IMG/VR virus record: IMGVR_UViG_3300044641_009805
Span: 186,001-250,000 of that record
Reading direction: 5' to 3' (one strand)
DNA: 64,000 nucleotides
Part shown: positions 1 to 9,736 of the stretch, in pieces
Position numbering within the stretch: the stretch's first letter is position 1
Layout of the letters: every line of letters starts with the position of its first letter
The notes under the pieces: model-generated
What the model was told of the DNA's origin: nothing
The model's database searches: none
The model's input: only the letters and a program-made list of their open reading frames with translations
Made by a program: the position numbers and the translations under genes

Positions 1-1076
1 AGAAAAACAGAGACTATCTAAGCTTTAATGTGATGTTCCAAGGAGGATTCGACGGGATCAACATCTTCGACTCTGATGAAGCTGCCATCAATGACGTCGC
101 CGTCAGAGGAGACATGGAGGACATTGCACGAGGCGGATTGAACGGTTCAGCCGTGGTCTCTCACAGAAAAGCGATAGACATCATCAAGAACACAGTCAAT
201 GCGGACATCGGCGTCATGGCCATCCCTGGAATAAGAGAACGCGTGATCACTGACGTCGCCGTGCAGGCGGCGGAAGAAAGAATGGACACTCTCTATATCA
301 TGGACATAGAACAGTACGATTCAGGCTCAAATCCCATGTCCATGTCGGCTCTAGGCAAGTCCAACGCACCCTCAACGTCATTGACCATTGCGGCTCTTAA
401 AGAACGCGGCGTGAACTCATCCTATGCAGCCGCATACTACCCCGACGTGATAATAACCCCTGATCAATTGCCTGATCAGGAGATAATCGTCCCACCCTCC
501 GTGGCCGTCCTCGGCGCCATCTCACTCAATGACTCTGTCGGAGCTCCATGGTTCGCTCCCGCCGGCATGACCCGAGGCCGTCTCACAACGGCCCTACAAC
601 CCGTGATCAACTTCGACGAACCCACGATCGATAACCTGTACATCAACAACATAAATCCACTCTACGCGACGACAAACATAAAACAACTATCCCCAGCCCA
701 AACGTCAGGCGTCGTCATCTGGGGTCAAAAGACGCTGCTGCTATCGACAGAATCTTCTCTAGGCAGAATAGCCGTCCGCAGGCTTCTCATCGACGTACGC
801 AAGGCCGTCAGACAAATCGCGCTACAATTCCTCTTTGAACCAAACGTAGAGAGAGTGTCAACCGTCTTCGCCTCACAGATCACAGAATACCTGTCGTCCG
901 TCCGCGCCCGCAACGGCCTCCAATCCTTCAAGGTGAACATAGAATCACCCCTAAAATCTAGACAAAACGTCGAAAACAACTTGCTCAAGGGCAAAATCTA
1001 CCTCCAACCCCCAAAGACCCTTGAATTCGTCTCACTGGATTTCATCATCTCGAACGGTCTACAGTCCGAGATTTGA
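1..1076 (+). CDS. Contractile tail sheath protein, C-terminal part (5' truncated by window)
   Basis: Frame is open from base 3. Sheath motifs: WFAPAGxxRG, LYINNINPL, GVVIWGQKTL, RIAVRRLL, FLFEPN. Lies directly upstream of the tube gene. Confidence 0.93.
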   Translation, partial: KNRDYLSFNVMFQGGFDGINIFDSDEAAINDVAVRGDMEDIARGGLNGSAVVSHRKAIDIIKNTVNADIGVMAIPGIRERVITDVAVQAAEERMDTLYIMDIEQYDSGSNPMSMSALGKSNAPSTSLTIAALKERGVNSSYAAAYYPDVIITPDQLPDQEIIVPPSVAVLGAISLNDSVGAPWFAPAGMTRGRLTTALQPVINFDEPTIDNLYINNINPLYATTNIKQLSPAQTSGVVIWGQKTLLLSTESSLGRIAVRRLLIDVRKAVRQIALQFLFEPNVERVSTVFASQITEYLSSVRARNGLQSFKVNIESPLKSRQNVENNLLKGKIYLQPPKTLEFVSLDFIISNGLQSEI

Positions 1077-1105
1077 AATATTTTTTGTTATATCATCTTT
1101 TGTGA

Positions 1106-1112
1106 ATAATTA
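1106..1112 (+). promoter_or_regulatory. ATANTTA putative late promoter upstream of tail tube gene
   Basis: ATAATTA at 1106-1112, followed by SD CAGGAG (about 1128-1133) and ATG 1143. The motif recurs upstream of other genes. Confidence 0.5.
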
Positions 1113-1142
1113 TGTTAGTTCCAATAGCAGGAGAATTCTACA

Positions 1143-1631
1143 ATGGCCGAAACTCTTGACGTCACGTCAATGATTCCAAACAAGTTTGAACCAAAGCGTA
1201 AGAACCGCTGGGTCCTCATGATTGAAGGCATCGACGCCTACATCATCAAGACAGCGGCTCGTCCACAAATCACGACAGAAGAAGTCCCAGTCCCGTTCAT
1301 CAACTCAACCCGCTACCTCGCAGGCAAAACGACGTTCAGCACCATGGGCGTCACCCTCCACGACCCAATCGCTCCATCAGGCGCGCAACAGGTCATGGAA
1401 TGGATCCGCCTCCACTTCGAATCGGTCAGCGGCCGCGCGGGCTACGCCGACTTCTACAAGCGTGACATCCAACTCAAGATGCTCGACCCCGTCGGCACCG
1501 TCATCGAACTCTGGGACATCAAAGGCGCATTCATCACGGATGCTAACTTCAACGAGGTCACCTACGAGGACGGAAACCCAACGGAAATATCACTAACTCT
1601 CCGTTTCGACAATTGCGTGCTGCAGTTCTAG
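1143..1631 (+). CDS. Tail tube protein (T4 gp19-like)
   Basis: 162 aa, follows the sheath gene. FEPKRKNRW start, YLAGK, KRDIQLKMLDPVG..ELW..KGAF, LTLRFD are typical tube signatures. Confidence 0.9.
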   Translation: MAETLDVTSMIPNKFEPKRKNRWVLMIEGIDAYIIKTAARPQITTEEVPVPFINSTRYLAGKTTFSTMGVTLHDPIAPSGAQQVMEWIRLHFESVSGRAGYADFYKRDIQLKMLDPVGTVIELWDIKGAFITDANFNEVTYEDGNPTEISLTLRFDNCVLQF

Positions 1632-1675
1632 AAAAAGTCTTATACCAAATCATAAAGTGATGTATAATTACCTCT

Positions 1676-2599
1676 GTGGCGTCAAGCTGCAGAGGTTTTA
1701 TGCTTAAATGTCCCCAATGCGACTTTCAAATTGAAAGCATCAATTCCCTTAGAATTCATGCTTCAAAAAAACATGATATTTCAAGCGAAGATTTATACAT
1801 TCAAGTTGTGCTAAAAGGAATTAAACCAACGTGCGAATGTGGGTGTGGTTCCGATACAAAATTTAACGGATTGGTGAATGGATACTCTAAGTTTGTATGG
1901 GGTCATGCTTCGAAAGTGAACAATAATTGGGGTCACAACAAAGAAGCCTTCAAGAAAAGTCTCACAACCAGAAGAAAAATGTGGGAAAATGGTGAAATTC
2001 AAGGATGGTGTAAGGGATTAACGAAGGACGATCCAAGAATAGCATCAATCATTGAAAAGATGAATACTCCTGAAAGATCTGAAAAAATATCCAGATCTTT
2101 AACAGGAAAATCAAAATCAGAATCTCATAAACAAAAAATCTCAGAGCATATGAAATCTTATTGGGGCAAAGAAACCAATCGAGAACGTCAAAGCTTGGAG
2201 CAAGCTGAGAGAGTAAAAAATGGATTGCTGACTAAATGCACTCGCGTTCATGGATATTTCAATAACTCTAAGAAATCATCTAAGCCTAATGTTTATTACA
2301 GGTCATTATTCGAATTAAATGCGATTCTACATTTAGAATCAAACGAAGATGTTATTTCTTATACGTTTGAACCTTACAACATCGAATATTCATTTGAAGG
2401 AAAAATTAGACATTACATCATTGATTGTTTAATAGAGTATAAAGACGGAACAAAACGTATTGTAGAATTTAAACCAAATTGCCATGTTACTCATGACAAA
2501 AATGTCGCCAAATTTCAATCTGCTCAAAAATTTGCAACCGAAAATGGTTTCATATTTGAAATATGGACAGAAAAATCTCATAGATTTTTGTCAAGCTAA
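1676..2599 (+). CDS. Free-standing homing-type endonuclease (C2H2 finger, NUMOD3-like repeats, TnsA-like PD-(D/E)XK domain)
   Basis: CPQC..HASKKH finger, CECGCG, WCKGLTK, KSESHKQKISE, C-terminal RSLFE...EP..I.Y...HY..D.LIEY....IVEFKP. AT-rich compared with its flanks. Start is GTG 1676 or ATG 1700. Confidence 0.8.
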   Translation: MASSCRGFMLKCPQCDFQIESINSLRIHASKKHDISSEDLYIQVVLKGIKPTCECGCGSDTKFNGLVNGYSKFVWGHASKVNNNWGHNKEAFKKSLTTRRKMWENGEIQGWCKGLTKDDPRIASIIEKMNTPERSEKISRSLTGKSKSESHKQKISEHMKSYWGKETNRERQSLEQAERVKNGLLTKCTRVHGYFNNSKKSSKPNVYYRSLFELNAILHLESNEDVISYTFEPYNIEYSFEGKIRHYIIDCLIEYKDGTKRIVEFKPNCHVTHDKNVAKFQSAQKFATENGFIFEIWTEKSHRFLSS

Positions 2600-2725
2600 C
2601 ATGACGTTCAAAATACTTTGATTTTCAACTACGTAGCGTGGTCAAATTTTTCTCACGTTCTTTATTTACGCGTAAGAAGCTGTGTTTAGTATATAATAAG
2701 CTTCTTTTTATAAAAGGAATAATAG

Positions 2726-3604
2726 ATGAGCACAGAAGAACGTGAGCAACGAAACGCAGTTTTTTCAGGGGCTTCGGTCCCAGCTGGTGTGGATCCCCGC
2801 ATGCCGTCGCAGACGGCCGCAGAAAAGCTGAAGGCAGAGTTTGGTTTGGACATCCCGACCGAACTGGTTCCTCTGCCCAGCGCTGGAAAGATCTATCCTG
2901 TTGGATCATCGCTGCATGATCAGGACGTCGTTGAGATCAGGCCGATGACGGCTCGTGAGGAGGACATTCTCACCTCGCGCGCTCTCATCAAGAAGGGCAC
3001 TGTCATATCTGAGCTCATCAAGGCGTGTTTGATCGATCGTTCAGTCAATCCTCAAGATCTTCTCGTTGGCGATCGAAATGCTCTCATGGTCGCGGTTCGC
3101 ATCACGGGATATGGTCCTGAGTACAACACGGAGATGGAGTGCAATGAGTGTGAGGCGAAGGGTCAGCATTCTTTCAATCTGACCGAGCTTCCGATCAAAC
3201 GGCTTGAGATCGATCCTGTCATGAAGGGAACGAACGCGTTTGAGTTCCTGCTGCCGCGGACGAAGAAGAAGGTGGTTTTCAAGTTCCCAACGGGTCGTGA
3301 CGAGGAAGAGATCTTGCACATGGCAGAGAAGCAGAAGAAGTTGGGTCTTCAGTCGGACTCCACAGTGACGACCTCATTGCAGCAGGCGATCATTTCGATC
3401 GATGGTATTGAGGATCGATTCAAGATACAGAACTTCATCAAGCTGATGCCTGCATCGGACTCCTTGGCTCTCAGGAATTACATCAGAGACAATGAGCCTG
3501 GTGTCACCATGAAGCAAGAGACGTCGTGTCCATCTTGTGGTCACGAAGAGGAGGTGAACATGCCCCTCGGAGTCTCGTTTCTTTGGCCTGCAGCCGCAAG
3601 ATAG
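2726..3604 (+). CDS. Baseplate hub / tail assembly chaperone (T4 gp26/gp51-like family)
   Basis: LVPLPSAG..YP, EIRPMTAREEDILTS, two CxxC pairs (CNEC, CPSC). Located between the tube and tape measure genes. Confidence 0.75.
   Translation: MSTEEREQRNAVFSGASVPAGVDPRMPSQTAAEKLKAEFGLDIPTELVPLPSAGKIYPVGSSLHDQDVVEIRPMTAREEDILTSRALIKKGTVISELIKACLIDRSVNPQDLLVGDRNALMVAVRITGYGPEYNTEMECNECEAKGQHSFNLTELPIKRLEIDPVMKGTNAFEFLLPRTKKKVVFKFPTGRDEEEILHMAEKQKKLGLQSDSTVTTSLQQAIISIDGIEDRFKIQNFIKLMPASDSLALRNYIRDNEPGVTMKQETSCPSCGHEEEVNMPLGVSFLWPAAAR
3575..3586 (+). other. Putative +1 (or -2) ribosomal frameshift site TCG TTT CTT TGG
   Basis: Frame 0 reads SFLWP; the +1 frame reads FFGLQPQDREALVLEPAFLLMYY and is open from 3558 to 3851. 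TTT to TTC slippage keeps Phe-tRNA pairing. Confidence 0.6.
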
Positions 3605-3851
3605 AGAAGCGTTGGTCCTTGAGCCAGCGTTCCTATTGATGTATTACTGCGGATTCACGTACCGGGAGGCCTACGCTCTCCCGGTTGCGTACAAGCGTTG
3701 GTTCATCGACAGGATCAGTAAAGAGCTATCCAAGGGTCAAGAAGAACAGAAGAACACCTCACGAGCACTTCACCAGAATACACCCGACGCGAGGGCCATG
3801 ATGGGCGCAGCACGTGCCCAGGTACCTTCTAGGCTGCGGCGATTTACATGA
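3582..3851 (+). CDS. Tail assembly chaperone C-terminal extension (probably expressed by frameshift fusion to 2726..3604)
   Basis: FLLMYYCGFTYREAYALPVAYKRWFIDRI resembles the short second chaperone domain found before tape measure genes. Only a weak own start (TTG 3612). Confidence 0.6.
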   Translation, partial: FGLQPQDREALVLEPAFLLMYYCGFTYREAYALPVAYKRWFIDRISKELSKGQEEQKNTSRALHQNTPDARAMMGAARAQVPSRLRRFT

Positions 3852-3917
3852 CGTTGTCTCGTGATAATCTCGTTAATATTTTTGGATGTTTTATACCGCA
3901 AAATATTAGATATATGC

Positions 3918-4220
3918 ATGACATGCCAAGAACCTAATTCTTCCATAAATCTGAATGAGATGAAGAACGATCTCACCCGTCGTGATCTCTTTTCTTCCGT
4001 TAGCGCGTGGTTGTTCGAGGGCCGCGCCTCCGATGTTAATCTGAGGGGTTCTCAGCAGCAGCTAGAGACGGTGCGAAGAGTGATGATCGCCTCGCGACAA
4101 TTTCACGAGGAGTTAAACAGGCCGAACGCTAGTCTACAATCCATCGCCGAGAAGCTGGAAGAGAAGCACGCAGCGGCAGAACGATTTGAAGCCAGCTTCG
4201 GCGTTCGTTGGCTTCTCTGA
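3918..4220 (+). CDS. Hypothetical protein upstream of tape measure gene
   Basis: Open frame 3861-4220 filling the gap. ATG 3918 chosen as start; start is uncertain. Confidence 0.6.
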   Translation: MTCQEPNSSINLNEMKNDLTRRDLFSSVSAWLFEGRASDVNLRGSQQQLETVRRVMIASRQFHEELNRPNASLQSIAEKLEEKHAAAERFEASFGVRWLL

Positions 4221-4239
4221 TCTCTAGGGGATTTAGAGC

Positions 4240-7200
4240 ATGACCCCGACGCCTCCTGGTAGTCCGCCGAGCGCACCTGATTTGTCAGCACAGGTAGAAG
4301 CGACGAAACAGCTGACCGCTGTGATGGCTGCTTTTGCTAAGCAGCTAGAGAAGACGAACAAAGGCCTTCGGGATCAATCAGAGATCAGCGAAGAATTATC
4401 TGACGTCTTGGATGATATTGCTTCTGAACGCGAGAAAGAAGAGAAGCAAGCGAAAGAGAGACTAGAGCAGCTGCAGAAGGAGATAGAGAGCATTGAGTCT
4501 CTTAAAGATCTCACGTCTCTCTTGGATAAAAAGTTGAAAGAGGCCGCCAAGAGCAACAAATCGTTGGCTATTAGTCTTGCGGCGGTCAGTGGAGCGGCAA
4601 AGGGGTTCAAGGCTGGAATCACGTTGATGAACAACGTATTGAGCGGCCTCGGTGGCATACTGTCGACCATCATAGGAACAGTTTTTGATCTCGGCGTCGC
4701 GATCCTCACTGGACCGATCAAGATGTTCAACGCCTTGTTCTCTAAGGCGAAGCAAGCGATGTCCGGATCGACAGAGCTCGCGACGGCGCTCGAAAAGATA
4801 AGAGAGAACTTTGGTGACATTGGTTCTGGATTAGGCGGCATCGTTGCAGGGATGGGTAAGTCTCTCACGCAAGGGGTGATCGTGCCCGGATTGAGCGCGA
4901 TGCGCGTCTTCGGCAACGTGGCTGAAGCCACCGCATACGCGAATGAGATGGCATCTTTGGCACCCGCAGCCTTCCAGAAATTGTCATCTCAATTTAAGGA
5001 CAGCGCCAAAGAGGCGTTGGCGATGGCCAAGGGGTTAGGTATCTCGAAGGAAGAGTTCGCGGGCCTGATGAATGCAGCTGTGTCTAGCGGTCGTGACGTC
5101 GTTGAGATTCAGACTGAAATCACGAAGTACGCCAAGGGAATGGCAAAGGAATTCGGATTAGATTCCAAGATGATATCGCGTGACATGGGTCGTGCCATGA
5201 AGGACGTGAAGCACTTTGCCAACGTTTCAGTCAAGGAGCTCGCGAAGGCGACGACCTATGCTCACGGGTTGGGGTTGGAGTTGAAAGACATCACAGGCGT
5301 TCTTGATGCATTCAACACGTTTGAGTCAGCCGCAGAGAGCGTCTCCAAGCTGTCGCAGGCTTTCGGCATCAACCTTGACACGATGAAGTTGCTCGAGGCA
5401 GAGACGCCTGATCAGGCCCTAGACCAGATCAAGCAGGCCTTTAACGCCGCAGGTAAGTCTGCAGATCAGATGAGCCGCCGTGAGTTGCAGCTCATCGCAC
5501 AGTCAGTCAACATGGATGAGGCGGCTGTTCGGCAGGCATTGTCGACCAAGAACGCTGGCATCTCCATGGATAGAGCCGCTGCGGCGTCGGCCGGGCTTGA
5601 AGGGCAGACGATGTCCACCGCACAGGCGATGCAGGCGTTGTCGAAGGACATTGAACGCGTGGTGAAGGCGGGTGAACCTCCGAAGGGAGAAAACTTCTTC
5701 GAGGTGTTCTTTGAAGGTGTGATGGAAGGCATGGAGAGGACCTCTGAGTTCAGGAAGTTAATGATGAACATGATGCAGTCCATTAATGCAGTTCGTCAAG
5801 CTGGGCGCGAGCTCGGCGCGCAATTGATGAATGTGATTCCTGGCTTGAAGCAACTTATAGGAGGATTGTCAGACATAGTTTCACCAGACAAGATAGGTGG
5901 AATGTTTAGATCATTTTCCAAGAGCTTCGTGGAATTTTTTCAAACGTTAAAATCAGGCGGAACTGTCACGATCCGTGAGTTGGTTGAAAATCTAAAGAAA
6001 AACTTCTTAGATTATTTGACTGCAGCAGGCCCAGGTGGTCAGAGTTTCTTGAACGGATTGAAAGATTTATGGACAGCAGCCAGAGCTATCATCGCGAGCG
6101 CATTAGATTATATCGGCGATGTTTTGTCTTCAGGTATTACCACACTTACTGATATGCTCACGGGCAAGTTCAATGAACAGGCTTCTTCGGTTGGTAACGC
6201 AATCATGGATGAAGTTAGCCCAATTACTGAAGCCTTTGGACGTCTGTTCGACAAATTGAAAGAACCGGTTTCTAAACTCGTTGAAATTGCTCTTAATTTC
6301 ATTGGAACTAAGATTGGAGAATTTTTAGACAATCATTGGATGAAGATATTATCGGGGTATCTGTCCTTTGCGTTCATTGGAGCATTTGCCAACGCTTTTG
6401 TCTCTGCGACGGGAACGGCAATCATGCAAATGGTTATTACGCCATTTTTGCAGAAGTTAGCCGCTCAAATTGTCATAGCTAGCGCATCGAGCGCCGCGTC
6501 ACAAGGCGCTTTAGGACCAATTCAAGCTCTTGGAGCCCAATCCGCAGCGGGGGCTGCCATACCATTTGAGATCGGTACAGATACTTTTATTCGTATGGGA
6601 GTTTTCATGCTTGCTGCTCTTGCGATGGTCGGCGCTGTTATTTTCGCTGTTAGGGCAGCGGGAGTAACGACCGAAGAAGTAATAAAGGCGGTTGCAATAG
6701 TTGGTGCCGCCGCGGTGCTCGCCGTAGCGGCTGGCGTGGCTACGATGATGACTGCTACAATAGGAGCACCAACTGCTGGTGCAGCACCAGTTGCGACTGC
6801 AGCTTTGCCTGTCTTAGGAGCGGTTGTTGGAGCTATGCTTCTCTTTGCATTTACTACGCTGGGTCTTGCAGCAGCCGCTAAAAATGTATCACCGGGGTCG
6901 ATTGGAAAAGCCTTGGTGATTTTAGGTGCCACCGCAGTTTTGATGTTAGCAGCCGCGGGTCTTACGATGGTAGCAGCGTCGGTTGGAGCTGCCATAGTAG
7001 CAACTGGCGGTGGCCTTGCAGCAGGAGTGGGGTTGGGTCTTCTGGTTATAGGTGGTATCGTTACCGCAATGATCGTAACCGCTGGGGTGATTATAGGCGT
7101 AGCTAGCTCAATTACAGATACCAACAAAGTAGAATCAGTAACAAAATTGTTGATGGTGGTCGGAGGGTTATACATCGCGACGATCCCGATAATGGCTGCA

Positions 7201-9408
7201 ATATTAGGAGCAATTGCGCTCGTGGCAGCTGGACCTCTTGCTATTGCTGGATTTAATAAAATAAAACAGATTGTTAACAGCATTATAGAGACAACAAAAA
7301 ATGTCATTGTAGAAATTAATAAACTACCAGTTGATCCTTCGACACTAAAAAACAAAGTAGAACCTTTCATCTCAGTCATGAAAACAATCATTGAGATGAT
7401 AAAGTCTATTGGCGAAATCTTAAAGGTTGCTCAAAATTCTAGTGTGAATAGCACGATCAACCAATTTGAAAACAAGAGTCCTTTTGATGGAGCTGCAAAT
7501 CTCATATCTAATTTGATGGGCAAAGATGATAAAAGCGGGATATTAGGAATTCTCAACGTTATTAAAGGCACAATTTCGCTGTTACAAAATGTTCCGACGG
7601 CGACCGTCAAGGCTTTTGCAGACATTCTTCTAGGAGTTAGCAAGGTCATTGGCGAAATAACCGGGATCATTAAATCTTTCACTTTGAAATACAAGTCAAC
7701 TGGACTCTTTGGATCAGATGAGCAAGACATGGCTAATGAATTTGGGAAAAATGCTCCTATTTTGCAAGGGTTCATTGAGTCAGTTTTACCTTCCATGTCA
7801 TCGCTGATAGATGCCACCGCAGTTGCTCTTAATAAAATAAAACCTGAGCAAGCTAACGCAGTTGCTCAATCAGCTGCAGGCATAGGACAGGTTCTGACCG
7901 CTACAGCGACCCTGATGGAAAATTTAGGTAAGAACGTAAAAGATTTTAAAGAAACAACAAAGACTGAAGGGATTGTTACAGATACATCAGAAGAAAAGTT
8001 TAACACAGAAGCTTACACGAAGTACATCGAGCAATTTACTGCAAAAATGGGGCCTTTGTTGGGAGTGTTAAAAACTTTTATGGCTGACACCATAGGCGCC
8101 ATCTCGACAAGCTTGTCAGGCATGGACGTATCCAAGATTGATGCTTTGAAGCCTTTGTCAGAAGTGATAGTTTCAACCTTAGGTATTATACAGGGTCTCT
8201 ATTCGGCTATGTCGAATCCAAAATTAGTTGTAGAAAATCAGCAACTGATGAACAAGTCAAAGCAGCAAACAGTTGGAAAGATTGCTGATTCAATCACCTA
8301 TAACATCACGACGACGTTCCCAAAGATAGAGGATACGTTAGAGGCCATAAAAAATAAAGCACCAGGAATTTTCAAAGTAATTGGTGATGCAATCAATTCA
8401 GTAACGTTCGCCCCGGATGCAGCAAAGAAGGTTGAGACATTGAAGGGAGGGATGGACGCTCTTGGAACCATTATAAAAGCATTAAACGAAATTGCGACTT
8501 CTATTCCTGATCCCGGGGAAGGTAAAAAGCTTTCAAACGAAGAAAGAATAACGGGTTTAATGCATAACGTGCTAATAGCAGGCGCGTTTTTGCGCAGGCT
8601 TATCTCACCAGTAAAAAATTCAAAAAAATCTCCGCTAGAAGCGTTATCTGAAACGTTGAGTAAAATCCCCGCAGGTCCAGACCTTGGGTCAGTAAAACGG
8701 CTTACATCTTTTGCTGAGAGTTTGAAATCGTTAAAAACGGTGACAGACGCGTTGGAAGGCATTTCAGATGTTATGTCAAAGGACGACGGAAATGTACCTG
8801 TGATGCCCGGTGGGGAGATAGGCGTTCCCACTGTAGAACAAGCAAATGTTTCTTACATAGCTGGCCGAATAAGCAACGTGAAATTTTTGATAGAATCTTT
8901 AGGTAATCCTGAAAGTGGTATTCCCACCTTGGACAAAGCCATACAAGACGCGAATAAAAACATCAGAGGCGGAGCAGCAACTGAATTTGCGGCATTGATG
9001 CTCAAGCTAAAAGGATATGGCGAGATAAAAGATTTGCCTGTTGTCGTCAACTCTGTCGCGGATGCATTACCAAAGGCGGTTGCCGATGCATCGCTTGGAA
9101 AACTCAGTAAAGCACTTGGAGACTTCGAGACGCAGCTCAAACAAATATCGGGAGCAAAAACGGAAAAGATTGCGGTGGAATTACGACGAACTCTCGACAC
9201 CCTCGGCGTCAAGGGCGCCAAGTACACCGTCGAGGCAAAACCGATCAACATCACAGTTGATTTAAGCATCATCATGAAGGCTGGCGACGTCGCCGACGGA
9301 ATCGCGAAGTCTTCGAACATCATTAAGCACAGAATAGAGCAGCTGGCCGTCAGATCAGGCGTGCAAAACTATGACATCTCGCAGACAGTGCCTGTTGTAG
9401 AAAAATGA
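4240..9408 (+). CDS. Tail tape measure protein
   Basis: 1722 aa, helical and Ala/Gly/Lys-rich, with an N-terminal coiled coil and a long hydrophobic multi-TM segment (about 6330-7250). Canonical position after the chaperones. Confidence 0.85.
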   Translation: MTPTPPGSPPSAPDLSAQVEATKQLTAVMAAFAKQLEKTNKGLRDQSEISEELSDVLDDIASEREKEEKQAKERLEQLQKEIESIESLKDLTSLLDKKLKEAAKSNKSLAISLAAVSGAAKGFKAGITLMNNVLSGLGGILSTIIGTVFDLGVAILTGPIKMFNALFSKAKQAMSGSTELATALEKIRENFGDIGSGLGGIVAGMGKSLTQGVIVPGLSAMRVFGNVAEATAYANEMASLAPAAFQKLSSQFKDSAKEALAMAKGLGISKEEFAGLMNAAVSSGRDVVEIQTEITKYAKGMAKEFGLDSKMISRDMGRAMKDVKHFANVSVKELAKATTYAHGLGLELKDITGVLDAFNTFESAAESVSKLSQAFGINLDTMKLLEAETPDQALDQIKQAFNAAGKSADQMSRRELQLIAQSVNMDEAAVRQALSTKNAGISMDRAAAASAGLEGQTMSTAQAMQALSKDIERVVKAGEPPKGENFFEVFFEGVMEGMERTSEFRKLMMNMMQSINAVRQAGRELGAQLMNVIPGLKQLIGGLSDIVSPDKIGGMFRSFSKSFVEFFQTLKSGGTVTIRELVENLKKNFLDYLTAAGPGGQSFLNGLKDLWTAARAIIASALDYIGDVLSSGITTLTDMLTGKFNEQASSVGNAIMDEVSPITEAFGRLFDKLKEPVSKLVEIALNFIGTKIGEFLDNHWMKILSGYLSFAFIGAFANAFVSATGTAIMQMVITPFLQKLAAQIVIASASSAASQGALGPIQALGAQSAAGAAIPFEIGTDTFIRMGVFMLAALAMVGAVIFAVRAAGVTTEEVIKAVAIVGAAAVLAVAAGVATMMTATIGAPTAGAAPVATAALPVLGAVVGAMLLFAFTTLGLAAAAKNVSPGSIGKALVILGATAVLMLAAAGLTMVAASVGAAIVATGGGLAAGVGLGLLVIGGIVTAMIVTAGVIIGVASSITDTNKVESVTKLLMVVGGLYIATIPIMAAILGAIALVAAGPLAIAGFNKIKQIVNSIIETTKNVIVEINKLPVDPSTLKNKVEPFISVMKTIIEMIKSIGEILKVAQNSSVNSTINQFENKSPFDGAANLISNLMGKDDKSGILGILNVIKGTISLLQNVPTATVKAFADILLGVSKVIGEITGIIKSFTLKYKSTGLFGSDEQDMANEFGKNAPILQGFIESVLPSMSSLIDATAVALNKIKPEQANAVAQSAAGIGQVLTATATLMENLGKNVKDFKETTKTEGIVTDTSEEKFNTEAYTKYIEQFTAKMGPLLGVLKTFMADTIGAISTSLSGMDVSKIDALKPLSEVIVSTLGIIQGLYSAMSNPKLVVENQQLMNKSKQQTVGKIADSITYNITTTFPKIEDTLEAIKNKAPGIFKVIGDAINSVTFAPDAAKKVETLKGGMDALGTIIKALNEIATSIPDPGEGKKLSNEERITGLMHNVLIAGAFLRRLISPVKNSKKSPLEALSETLSKIPAGPDLGSVKRLTSFAESLKSLKTVTDALEGISDVMSKDDGNVPVMPGGEIGVPTVEQANVSYIAGRISNVKFLIESLGNPESGIPTLDKAIQDANKNIRGGAATEFAALMLKLKGYGEIKDLPVVVNSVADALPKAVADASLGKLSKALGDFETQLKQISGAKTEKIAVELRRTLDTLGVKGAKYTVEAKPINITVDLSIIMKAGDVADGIAKSSNIIKHRIEQLAVRSGVQNYDISQTVPVVEK

Positions 9409-9446
9409 TTCGGCCTGACCTTCTCACAGCGTTATAATGTGGCATC

Positions 9447-9728
9447 ATGAAAGACATCGGTTCAAAAGAAGAGTTGTTGAAGCGTTTCCGCGAAGATCCT
9501 GAGGTCGCAGCCGTGCTCAAGAAGGCACCGAACGCGATAGATGGTGCGAAAGCCTTGAAGACGGTGGAACACATACTTGGCACATTGTATGAGGCAATCA
9601 TTCCAGCGATGGCTCAGATGAAGCAGGATCCTGCGGCCGCCTCTAAGATTTCAGAGGCTCTGAAAAGTGGCGAGGGCATAATTAAAGAAAGCGATGGTTC
9701 ACCCATCAATTCTGGATCGAAAGGGTAG
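9447..9728 (+). CDS. Hypothetical protein in tail module
   Basis: 93-aa ORF in operon context. Confidence 0.65.
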   Translation: MKDIGSKEELLKRFREDPEVAAVLKKAPNAIDGAKALKTVEHILGTLYEAIIPAMAQMKQDPAAASKISEALKSGEGIIKESDGSPINSGSKG

Positions 9729-9736
9729 GTCATTCC

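Noticed and set aside
6522-7391. 289-aa minus-strand ORF (also 4374-4931, 8298-8831, 32433-32906, 60988-61404 and similar)
   Set aside because: These are antisense shadows of Ala/Gly-rich or low-complexity + strand genes, with no family motifs or own expression signals.
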